A stretch of DNA of 19,727 bases from positions 2,389-22,115 of the forward strand of contig MTSL01000045.1 of the NCBI GenBank assembly GCA_002794465.1, given 5' to 3'. This DNA is from Paramicrosporidium saccamoebae KSL3 (lineage: Eukaryota; Fungi; Cryptomycota). Below the pieces are notes generated by a model, which had not been told where the DNA came from, did no database searches, and worked only from the letters and a program-made list of their open reading frames with translations. Below, in pieces: positions 8,909 to 18,315 of this stretch (the stretch's first letter is position 1; the number at the start of each line of letters is the position of its first letter). The translations under genes and the position numbers were made by a program.

Positions 8909-11506
8909 ATGACAAAGCTCATAGTCGGAGTCTGTGCGATGGACATTAAGGCACGCAGTAAGCCCATGCGACACATTCTGGACAAGCTGTTGTCGTATGG
9001 AGAATTTGAAGTCATACTGTTTGGAGACCACGTTATCCTTGAGGAATCCGTTGACCATTGGCCATTATGCGACATCCTACTGGCCTTTTTTTCGCGCGGC
9101 TTTCCCCTGGAGAAGGCAGTAGAGTATTGGCGACTAAGGAGACCATTCTGTGTGAATGATTTGCTGTTGCAGTATGTGTTGTTGGACCGACGACTGGTGG
9201 GACAATTACTGGATGCCAGTGATGTGCCCACGCCCAACCGACTAGTAGTCAATCGGGATGGCGGCCCTACGCTTCCAAGCGAATTGGTGGAGTTGATTAG
9301 TCGGGACTTTAATATTGACTTGAGCAGTTCAGCCCTCTTCCCCCAGCATAATGTCCGGATGTTGGATGCAGACACGTTGCAGGTCGGTCGACGGATCCTG
9401 CGGAAGCCGTTTGTGGAAAAGCCCGTTGACGCCGAGGACCACAACATTTACATTTACTATCCACGCAGCATGGGCGGTGGATGCAGAAAACTGTTCCGGA
9501 AGGTGGCGAACAAGTCGAGCGAGTTTTGTCCAGACGTGGTGGACATTCGGATGGATGGATCCTACGTGTATGAGGGCTTCATGCCGGCCGAGAATGCTGA
9601 AGATGTAAAGGTATATACGGTGGGACTGCATTATGCTCATGCCGAAACTAGAAAGTAATTCATGCGATAAATACTGACAAATAGGGCGCCGGTGGTGGAT
9701 GGCATTGTGAGGAGGAATGCAGAGGGAAAGGAAATTCGGACAGTGGCCGAAATGACGTGCGAGGAACAAGAGATTGCGCGCCGAGTGTGCATGTCATTTG
9801 GACAGACGATTTGTGGCTTTGACATTGTGCGGTCGGGGGGAAGGTCGTTGGTGGTGGATGTGAACGGATGGAGTTTTGTAAAGGGAAACGAGAATTATGT
9901 GGAAAAATGCGCAGCAATTCTGCGAGACACGTTTCTGTGTGCATCCGTCTCCAAACGCCACTCATTGGGCTGGAAATATGAGCCATTTCCCTCGGCAACT
10001 GAGGGACAATGGCGACTAAAATGTTTTGTGAGCATTTTTCGACATGGCGATCGGACACCAAAACAAAAGATCAAGATGACAGTGCGGCATGCGGCATTTT
10101 TTGAATTGCTGCCAGCTGATTATGGGGGCGAAGATGTGATTATTCGGGAAAAGGCATTGCTGGTAAAGGCATTCAATATCTCGGATCGGGTGTTGAAGGA
10201 AACGAGTCGGGAAGAGGAGGATTATGTGCGCCTGCAACAGCTGGTGGAGGTGCTGGGGAAAAAGATGCGGGTGCTGGGAACGAAACTGCAGCTACGCAAG
10301 ATCCGCACCAATGATCCGCAGCCGAGTATGCTGCTGATCATTAAATGGGGTGGCGACTTTACCCACGCGGGACGACATCATTCCAAGGATTTAGGGGAGA
10401 ACATGCGGAAGGACTTGACAATCCTTAATCGGGCGCTCCTTGACGATGTACGCATCTTTTGCAGTGCAGAAAGACGAGTGATGGCCACGGCCGAGGTATT
10501 TGCCAAAGCGTTCCTGTCCACGGCCGAAGTGGCGCCCAGTTATGTGACGGTGCTAAAGGAGGCATTGGATGACAGTTTCGTCTCCAAAGACGACATTGAG
10601 GCAGTGAAGAAACGCATTGGTCAGCGTCTATTGGACGATTCTAAAAAGGACATTTCCGATGATCCGACTGTCCATTTGGGACGGCTTAAGGAATGTCTGC
10701 AGATGCATCGAACAATTATGAAGAGAAAGTTGGAGACGGCCGATCTTGAGAACATCCGATGGTGCTGCTCTGATTCGCTAACGCTGTTCCGAGAACGATG
10801 GGAGAAGCATTTTGGAGATGTTTTGGACAGCAGCGCCGAATGGTTTGATCCGTCCAAAATATCTGATTTGTATGATTCGCTCAAATTTGATGCATTGCAT
10901 CACCGGGACGTCCTGGAGATGCTGTTCACGGACGATGATCCAATTAGCGTTACAGCCCTGCACGATCTATATCTGATGGCGCATAAACTGTTTGACTTTG
11001 TGGCGCCGCGAGAGTACGGCAGTAGCGCGGAGGAACGACTGCGGATTGGACGACAGATCAGCGGACTGATTTTGCATCGTGTACATAGCGATATTTCGGC
11101 AGCCATTCTCTCTGCCACCCCCAGCACCCGACTCTACTTTACAAAAGAATCACATATGACGGCGCTATTGAATATACTGCGCAGCTGCGGCTTGGCGTTG
11201 CATCCCACAGAGTCACTCGAGTTGGATTATTTGTCCCACATTTGTTTTGAATTTTATGAACGCGATCGGGGCGGCACTCCACGCTATTCTCTGCGGATTG
11301 GATTGTCACAGGGAGCCCATTCCACCCGTCTGCTTGATCTACAGGTGGATGCACGACACGCCTTGTCGGTGAGCAGTCGTGCCTGGCTGACCGACTATTT
11401 GGAGGGAAGGGAGGCGTTGGAGGTTATTTGGGGGACAGTGGAGGGCAGCGAGGAAGACTATCGAGACATGAGAGGGGTTCGAAAGTCATCTGAGCCGATG
11501 ATATAA
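8909..11506 (+). CDS. VIP1: Inositol hexakisphosphate / diphosphoinositol-pentakisphosphate kinase Vip1/PPIP5K (exons 8909-9654 and 9685-11506; 855 aa)
   Basis: The N-terminal ATP-grasp kinase has GVCAMDIKARSKPM, KPFVEKPVDAEDHNIYIYYP, EDVKVY, HAETRK|APVVDGIVRRN and VVDVNGWSFVK. The C-terminal histidine-acid-phosphatase-like domain has RHGDRTPKQK and YFTKESH. Confidence 0.96.
9655..9684 (+). other. 30-nt intron in VIP1
   Basis: gtaattcatgcgataaatactgacaaatag: CTGAC branch; it carries an in-frame TAA. Removal restores ETRKAPVVDG. Confidence 0.93.
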
Positions 11507-11620
11507 ATGATGTAGTAATAGACGTGAACATTAGTGTTATTGGGTTGGTAGGGGTACTGTGGGGTTGGTATGTTGTCTTGTACAAGTACAATAAAGGCAG
11601 TTGAAATCGAAATGTATAGT

Positions 11621-11889
11621 GTCGCGCAGTGGGGATAATACCACAGACGGGAAGGGGAGTTGTTCACAGCCAATCCTAGAATAGTATGGATGCACATGTC
11701 GCGTAGTGGGGATAAATAGTATGGATACACATCTCCTTGTCCTCAAATACCCAGCAAAGCGATCCACTCTAGCACACAAATACGTCTCACTGTTCTCAAA
11801 TACCCGACTAATCAATCCTCTGCCTCCACGTCAAATACCCGACTAATTGATCCTCTGCCTCTACGTCAAATACCCAACTAACCAATCCT
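11621..11889 (-). repeat. Dispersed modular repeat, copy 2 (reverse complement of 4045-4305)
   Basis: Same core as copy 1. The 35-bp unit gacgtagaggcagaggattgattagtcgggtattt is expanded to roughly 2.5-3 tandem copies. Confidence 0.9.
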
Positions 11890-11954
11890 TTACGCTAATC
11901 AATCTTCTCAAATACGACTGAGTCTATGGTAGATAATATTTATTGGGTTTAAAT

Positions 11955-12043
11955 CTCACATTACGCACATTTCTCACACTGCGCACATTTCTCACACTAC
12001 GCACATTGCGCACATTTATCACATTGCACACAATACGCACAAT
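11955..12043. repeat. Degenerate 18-bp/9-bp minisatellite (cgcacatttctcacact) immediately after the stop of the minus-strand gene
   Basis: cgcacatttctcacactg cgcacatttctcacacta cgcacattg cgcacatttatcacattg cacacaatacgcacaat. Confidence 0.85.
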
Positions 12044-12045
12044 GG

Positions 12046-13132
12046 TCACATAAAAGACCACAGGGCGGCAGGGACGGGTAGCCAATCGTCTTCCAGAGAT
12101 TCGGTACTGTTGTCTTCATCATCGGCCTGGCCCTCCCATTCGCGCATTTCAGGCTCAGTTTTCCTTCGGCCTATTCCCTCGGGCATGGCAGCCAACATAC
12201 AATTAGCAACGGAACCGGCCCGGAAGGCGCCAGTGATGTGGGTGACGCTATTGCGCCGTCGACGAAAGGCGTCCAGGGGTATACGTCGCTGGGGAGGCCG
12301 CGAATCGGGGGCGGGCGGAGAGGTGGAGAGAATCATGGCCAACTTTGCAGTGTCCATCAGCTCCTCCAAACGCAGACAATTGTCCAATCCGGGATAATCA
12401 TCCACGTGGTACACTCGATGGGTGGGAATGACGGCGGGAGCGGTGCAGACGCTGCTCTTGGCGGCCATCGAAATGGCAGCAAGAATCTGAGGCGTAATCT
12501 TGGCAAGTTGTTCACTCAGTGTCTCTTCTTGCGTCTTGGAGACGCACATTAATGGTTCCATCTCCAAATCCTCTTCTTCGCTGCTGCTGTCCGTGTGGAG
12601 GAACAACGACTCGATGGCAATGTCTGAGCCGCTGCTGTAGCCGTAGTATTCGGCAAACAGTTCCGTGTCATCCACACAACTGTCTTCCTCGGAGAAGTAG
12701 TACTCTGAGAGGGCAAATTGCGCATCCAAGTCGCCTGAAACTGTAAAGTGCCGGTCCACATGAACCTTTTCCTTCCTACACGGCTTTTTGCCCTTTTTCT
12801 CTCCTCCTGCTGCATCGTGAACACTATTGGGAGATTGTACCTGTGGTTTTGGCAGTCTTGACTCCACGACTACCGTGGAACGTCGCCGAGGGACGTTTGC
12901 GCGGCTTTGGCGACTTTTTAATGTGCAGTTCGGTCTGTCCCGTGCAGGAACAGTCGTCCTCGCAAATGGGACACAACATTTCATCCACCGAGCGACGTCG
13001 TGGCGATTTGGTGGGCGACATACTGTCGGCTCCCGAAGTCTCTCCTGCACTATTAATCCACCTCAAATATGCACCTCTGAATGTTCTTCGTGGCGATTCT
13101 CGTGCTGACTCGCGTATAGCTTCTATTCTCAT
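12046..13132 (-). CDS. Hypothetical, probably nuclear and largely disordered protein (exons 13132-13075, 13044-12841, 12809-12046; about 341 aa)
   Basis: A 31-nt intron joins ORF 12824-13219 to ORF 12046-13050 in frame (KTT|AGGEKKGKK). The product has CPICEDDCSC, Lys/Arg-rich NLS-like tracts, an acidic Ser/Asp/Glu tract and RRIPLDAFRRRR. The start codon and first intron are uncertain. Confidence 0.65.
12810..12840 (-). other. 31-nt intron (hypothetical gene)
   Basis: gtacaatctcccaatagtgttcacgatgcag: it contains the TAG ending the upstream ORF; a phase 1 join links the two ORFs. Confidence 0.7.
13045..13074 (-). other. Putative 30-nt in-frame intron (hypothetical gene)
   Basis: gtgcatatttgaggtggattaatagtgcag: TTAAT branch at the usual spacing, but stop-free and 3n, so retention cannot be excluded. 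Confidence 0.45.
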
Positions 13133-13420
13133 CCTGAACTGTGCGTGGTTGTTAGTGGTGGTTGGATACGGTGTCTTTGTTGGTATGGATGGATGTCTAT
13201 TCCTCAACCCAATGTTCACCTGTTGTCACGTTGGCTGACGCTGACGTCGTATGCAACCGGGAGCCCGACCAGGATGGATACCCGCAACTTTATGGAGCCC
13301 TGAATTGGGCATTGACCAATCAGATGGGTCGATTTCGTCAGAGGCGTTTTCTACCTTTTGGGATGTGCCATCTTGCCGGGTATTGGGTGTTGGGTAGTTG
13401 GGGCTGTTGGATGAGAGCAG

Positions 13421-13570
13421 GTTGTTGCTGTTGTTTGTGTTGTTTTTGTTGCTTTTGTTGTTGTTAGAAAAGTGGTTATTGCTGTCAAGGATGGTTGGTA
13501 TTAGGTAAGAACTAGGGGGTTGGACACACAATCAAGTCCTCGTTTCCAACAGCAACAGCAACAACAACAA
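13421..13570. repeat. Opposed (GTT/GCT)n and (CAA/CAG)n microsatellite tracts in a divergent intergenic region
   Basis: gttgttgctgttgtttgtgttgtttttgttgcttttgttgttgtt (about 13421-13465) and aacagcaacagcaacaacaacaa (about 13548-13570). Confidence 0.8.
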
Positions 13571-13702
13571 TACCATCACCATTATTACTCATTCGTTCAT
13601 TATATGCTATAAAGCACAGTACAATACGGTACATTAGAATCAATACTACAGACTTTATCCTATCCTAAAATCCTGTTGTTCGGTTTTGATTGGCGGGAGT
13701 GG

Positions 13703-14728
13703 ATGCTGCGCGCCAACAATGTCGACTTGTCCGGCATCGAACAGTATTATTTATGGCTGCAGAGAGTTTATTTTAGGTTTTTGAGGGAGAACAGCTTTAC
13801 TCCCTTTGAACGGGAAGAACTTCCGGTCCACAACTCTACACCCGCTCCGCAGGTGGAATTTGAAATTAGGCACACGCGCGAACACTTGGAGAAACTAAAG
13901 TTCAACTGGCTGGAACTCCACACTAAACGCGGCTTTCTAAATCGTCTGGGAAATGCAGAAGAGTGGCGAGCCTGCCAACTGACCCGTTGGACGCCGGGCG
14001 AATTGAAGCAGCTGGAGCATGAAATGGAACCCAGCAAATCCGTCTTGAAGGCCGAAAAGACCCGCACGTTGGAGCTGCTTCGGGTGCTAGAGGAGAAATG
14101 CGAGGCTGTCCTGGGACTGCAGAATTCGGTGCAGGAAAAACACGACGAGACGGACGACCTGCTCCGTCGTTATAGGGAGGCGGAGGAGACGCTGCAGGAT
14201 CTCAAACTGTCAGTGCCCGATGTACCAATGCGGTCGATGGAGGAGGTTCGGGCTGTGTTGGACGAACAGAGCATTACATTGGAGAAAAAGTCTATTGCCT
14301 TGGAGCGACATCGGGGGGCAGTGGAGGATTTGGAGCGTCTCTTGTCAGTGCATGAGGCTGAAAATGCCAAACTCATTGGACTGCAAGCAGAGCTCGAGAC
14401 AAGACGGACAGCCTTGGTAGCGGAACAGGCCAAGGGCGACAATTCATTGGGCGTTCTTTGTCGTTGGTACGCCTCGGCGGTGGAGACGCTCGTCCGTCTG
14501 AGCGGCTGTCGGGTGGAGATGGTGCAACCCGACTATCTGTTGGTGACGGTGGTTACGGTGCCGGTGCACATCCATGTGGACTTGATGACTGGAAAGCTGC
14601 GCAGTGTCAAGGTAGGGACTACCAGTTCCACACCAAAACGCCAATGGAAGGAGTTGGCCGAGACGGCCGTCGAGTTTAATGACATTCCCTTTCTGTTGCG
14701 TTCCATTCATGCAGCGGTCAATAAATAA
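13703..14728 (+). CDS. Sos7-like (Zwint/Kre28-equivalent) kinetochore protein (341 aa)
   Basis: REHLEKLKFNWLELHTKRGFL resembles the Sos7 signature (F-S-K-L-[KR]-F-S-Y-x-E-Q-x-T-K-E-x-F-L). A long coiled coil follows, then a C-terminal WY-containing alpha/beta RWD-like segment. The start is set at the first ATG (13703). Confidence 0.62.
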   Translation: MLRANNVDLSGIEQYYLWLQRVYFRFLRENSFTPFEREELPVHNSTPAPQVEFEIRHTREHLEKLKFNWLELHTKRGFLNRLGNAEEWRACQLTRWTPGELKQLEHEMEPSKSVLKAEKTRTLELLRVLEEKCEAVLGLQNSVQEKHDETDDLLRRYREAEETLQDLKLSVPDVPMRSMEEVRAVLDEQSITLEKKSIALERHRGAVEDLERLLSVHEAENAKLIGLQAELETRRTALVAEQAKGDNSLGVLCRWYASAVETLVRLSGCRVEMVQPDYLLVTVVTVPVHIHVDLMTGKLRSVKVGTTSSTPKRQWKELAETAVEFNDIPFLLRSIHAAVNK

Positions 14729-14846
14729 TTGTGTTTGATGGGCACTGTTTCGTCGGTTGTAAATACGGTGTAGTACCTAGACTACTACTGTTTAACGGGT
14801 TCTACAACCTTGCAACAAATCCTTTATCTCTAATGTGTAGATGTAA

Positions 14847-14916
14847 CATTCACTACTATTCACTATCATTCACTGACATTCACTATTATTCACTATCATT
14901 CACTATCATTCACTGT
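14847..14916. repeat. Seven 10-bp tandem units (consensus cattcactat) between convergent genes
   Basis: cattcactac tattcactat cattcactga cattcactat tattcactat cattcactat cattcactgt. Confidence 0.9.
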
Positions 14917-14948
14917 TATCCCCTATTGTCGCTTTGCTTGCCGCATAT

Positions 14949-16079
14949 TCAGATATGAAGCGACTCCATCATTTTGTTTAGTTGGTGCGGTTTGAATAGC
15001 TCGATTGCTTCAGCTAGCTGCATATTCCTGGCCGAATTGGTGGCCAAGATTTTGTCAGACAACACCACTCCCAGATGGAAGACGGCAAACAGGATAAAGT
15101 CCAACTTTTCTGTCTTGACCCATTTGTCAATCACAACGGGACTGGGATGTCGGAAACACTTTTTCCAGGCAAATCGGAGAGTGCCTTTGGCAATGGCATC
15201 GCCTTTTTCAAGGAGAGCAAAGCTATCCAGGCTGATCTGGCCAGGACAGTAGTTAAAGTACTTATTCAGCTGCCACAAGGGGACCGTGTTTGAAAAGAAA
15301 ATAGTCTCCAGGGATAGATTGCTGGGAGTCATTCCGTACAGACGACAGACTCTCCGGGTCATGTGGATGCCAGTACTGCTAGTAAGCGCATCAATGACAG
15401 CTTGGGATGGTTTCTTGTTCGTCACGGCGCGTATGGCGCGGAGAACAGGATATTCCTTTTGCAGAACAATCCGATTCAGTTGGAATTTAGATGGTCTAAA
15501 TTCACAGTGCTTCAATCCCACCTGAAGAACAGATAGCATCCCCTTTAAGGCTGCCGAATAAATTAAACCGTCGGATGGACAAATGTCGTGGAGGCTGGCA
15601 GCGGCCTCTAAAAGTGCAATATCACCTATCTGTGCCGCGTGATCAACCGCAGCATGGCATTTCGATCGCCCATTATTCTCAAATTCCTCAGAGTCTAGTT
15701 CGTCGTCAAATGACACCTTGTCGAAAAGGTAATAAATTACGTCACACGTTCCAAACCAGTCATTTTCATAGACTTCCTCAACGGTTTGCTGGGTAGGCCC
15801 AATTTTACTCATCAGTAATATCCGAACGCGTTCCCCTTCACTGTCGCTATTGAAAAGTTGATCATGAAGACTCAGATCCAACTGTTTCTGGTGGTCCTCG
15901 GCTGTTTTGAGACGTTTCGCAGCCACTTTGTCTTGCCTCGGTGAGCTTTGGGCGTCAGAGGACTGCTTGCCTTGTAGTTTTGCACCTTGGACACCAAAGA
16001 GGCCTAGGGAAAATAGCCCCCCAAACAGGGGACCGCTACATGTTAACCCGCACAAAATTATTCTGAGAAAAGTGTTCAT
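14949..16079 (-). CDS. Hypothetical protein with a hydrophobic N-terminus and 28-aa degenerate ankyrin-like helical repeats (376 aa)
   Basis: Long uninterrupted ORF. From the ATG at 16079 it reads MNTFLRIILCGLTCSGPLFGGLFSLGLFGVQG. PS dipeptides recur at 28-aa intervals. Confidence 0.75.
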   Translation of the reverse strand: MNTFLRIILCGLTCSGPLFGGLFSLGLFGVQGAKLQGKQSSDAQSSPRQDKVAAKRLKTAEDHQKQLDLSLHDQLFNSDSEGERVRILLMSKIGPTQQTVEEVYENDWFGTCDVIYYLFDKVSFDDELDSEEFENNGRSKCHAAVDHAAQIGDIALLEAAASLHDICPSDGLIYSAALKGMLSVLQVGLKHCEFRPSKFQLNRIVLQKEYPVLRAIRAVTNKKPSQAVIDALTSSTGIHMTRRVCRLYGMTPSNLSLETIFFSNTVPLWQLNKYFNYCPGQISLDSFALLEKGDAIAKGTLRFAWKKCFRHPSPVVIDKWVKTEKLDFILFAVFHLGVVLSDKILATNSARNMQLAEAIELFKPHQLNKMMESLHI

Positions 16080-16185
16080 GTAAACCTGAAAAAACAGCCC
16101 CCGGCTCACTCTAACCGTGGTTCAATGGCTACGCTCGAGATATATAGAACATTTGTACATATGGAACTTGTGATGGCTTTAGCTG

Positions 16186-17779
16186 TCAGTATCGCGGACG
16201 CTGAGACTGAGGATCATGAGGAGGGATAGGACGTTTTGGGGCCTGCGGTCTCTGAGGGGATCCAAACGACCTTCCACTCGGAATAAACATTCCACCAGAT
16301 GCATGAGCCGGGATAGTAGCAAAGGTTGTGGCCGTCATTAGGGATGGTGGCACTTCCCTCATCACTCCAATAGCATTAGGATTGGACACGTCGGCCACAC
16401 AGTTGTTGCCTTCGAGGGCCATTTGTCGTTTGAAATGTTCCACAAAGATTTCAGTGAGCGGCATAGTTGGTAAGACAATGTGGTGGGTGGCAAGATCGCC
16501 CAAACATGGCTGTGTACCTATCCTTAACACTGCCTCAAAACGCACCCCACGTAAGGGATTAACAAGAATGTGCACTGTGAAATGACGGAAGCGTTCTTCC
16601 CGTTTCTCCTCAAAACGCATCGTCCGCCAAAGTGCCACCGGCGGATGCAACCACGAAAGAGTGGGTGGGCTGCCAAGTTTCAGACGGGACGGGTCCTTGC
16701 GCGCATCCAATCCGTACATTGGTTCCATTCCACTGCCCGTCTTTCGCGTCCGATGCTCCTCTGCCACTGACATTATGCGGAACCGGGATTGCTGCACATT
16801 TTGTTTCAGACGACATCGCTGTAGGAACGCATCGATTCGCGCCGTCCGGGTGATTTCATTCTGCAGTAGATCCTCTGCACTCTTTTTTCCATGGTCTGCA
16901 CTCACGCTCATTACGTGTTCCTGCAGATTGGCGCCAAACTTTTTGGCATCATAATTCAACCTTGTCATGACCCGGGACACCATGGGATTAGGATCGAGGC
17001 AGATGGGTGCATTAATCATCATCTAAAAATAAATAAGCTCGGAAGTATACCAAAATGCGGCTTTCAATGTCCAAGGCCAGGTCAGCTGACGCCGCCAAAT
17101 GGCCCATCTCCTCCCGAATAAAGTTGTCCACATCCTTTTGAATAGTAGCCGAGTTGGGCTTTAGCAGGATTTTGTGCATCTCGGGGGCTGTTGCAGAGGC
17201 GCTGGCCAGCATTCCCACTTCTGGCGACCGTGGAGCTGCCATCACTCCAAACGCCCATCGACGGTAATCGACAATTCCAATCACAGCACATCCATCGTAC
17301 AGCAATGCTCCACATTCTCGCAGCTTTTCCAGCAGAGGGAGGCCGAGTACTTGTCCATTAATACAACGCACCAACTCTCTCGCCACCGGGTGCGACAACG
17401 GAAGCGGTCCAATGTCACCCGGCTCTAAAACCAATGAATCTTCAAAAACGGCCACCACCAACGACGGAGTAATGTCCCGAAACCTTTCAATTGCCCACAA
17501 ATTGGTGCTAAACAAAGAGTTTGGTGTGGTTATGTTGGATGTGTTAGTTGCGGTGGTTATGTTGGGTATGGCTGCACTAGCCGCGTTTGTGCCAGTCGTA
17601 GAGTTACGACGGAGAAGAGTCCCGTGTCTGAATTCCGCCAGTCGACGTTTTAACGGTAGACGATGCGGGAGCACCTGTTCATCACCCGTCTGTTCCATGC
17701 GCCATCGCTGAGCTAGTGAAGGAAACACTGCACTATCCAAAAACGATATTGTCTCGGCTATCAGACTATCAATCTCCAT
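16186..17779 (-). CDS. SPT20: SAGA complex subunit Spt20 (exons 17779-17051 and 17022-16186; 521 aa)
   Basis: PSLVVAVF, LYDGCAVIGIVDYR, KILLKPNSATIQKD and IESRIL|MMINAPICLDP fit the Spt20 domain. WRTMRF...FVEHFKRQMALEGNNCVAD resembles the C-terminal conserved region of Spt20. Confidence 0.85.
17023..17050 (-). other. 28-nt intron in SPT20
   Basis: gtatacttccgagcttatttatttttag: the phase 0 join restores ESRIL-x-x-x-x-x-P-I-C-L-D-P. There is no canonical YTRAY branch motif. Confidence 0.85.
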
Positions 17780-17894
17780 GCCCTGCTTATGCGACGAAAC
17801 GAAACGAAAAATACAAATCATTATTTTAACTTGCAAGCTACTGTGAGAGTACTGCGAGATATAGTTACAATCGCTATTGCTACATCATAGCCAG

Positions 17895-18191
17895 TCAACT
17901 TGTGTGTAGTTGGCAGGTGTGAAGCTTGTTGGCGGGGCCGGATACATTTACGATCCGTCCACTGATCGCCGAGGCCATTCCAAGCGTGACACACATCAAC
18001 ATTGTTCCAATGACCACATTCAGATACAACATTAATGCGGCACAGCCCACCAACAGAGTGTAGCGCCGTAGTATAATCTGCAATTTACATGCACAGCCCG
18101 GTAAGATTTTCAAGAGCAGTAAGAGTGAGATGCTCCATCCAGTAAAGATGGCCAGTCCAATCCAGCCGGTATGCACCGCCCAAACGAGCAT
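17895..18191 (-). CDS. Small hydrophobic hypothetical membrane protein (about 98 aa; exon structure uncertain)
   Basis: ORF with 2-3 hydrophobic segments (WIGLAIFTGWSISLLLLL; TLLVGCAALMLYLNVVIGTMLMCVTLG). It fills a gap otherwise too large for this genome. Confidence 0.4.
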   Translation of the reverse strand: MLVWAVHTGWIGLAIFTGWSISLLLLLKILPGCACKLQIILRRYTLLVGCAALMLYLNVVIGTMLMCVTLGMASAISGRIVNVSGPANKLHTCQLHTS

Positions 18192-18315
18192 GAATCTTAT
18201 CTATTAATAGATTGTAATTAAAGTGCAGACCATGTTGTTCGTTCACAGTGGATGAATCTGCATGGTAAATAATTAGACAGGTCACCAGCCGTGGATCATT
18301 TGGATTAAAGGTACA

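Noticed and set aside
10036-10070. Possible inactivation of the Vip1 phosphatase domain
   Set aside because: The RHGDRTP motif is intact and the FTKESH motif is present, so this is an ordinary Vip1.
12841-13050. N-terminal part of ORF 12046-13050 (MQERLREPTVCRPP...)
   Set aside because: An alternative frame joined by the 31-nt intron explains the region better and contains the Cys motif.
13226-13531. Asn-rich 101-aa ORF (and the Cys-rich antisense ORF)
   Set aside because: It has a non-ATG start, derives from the CAA/GTT microsatellite, and no convincing splice links it to the downstream gene.
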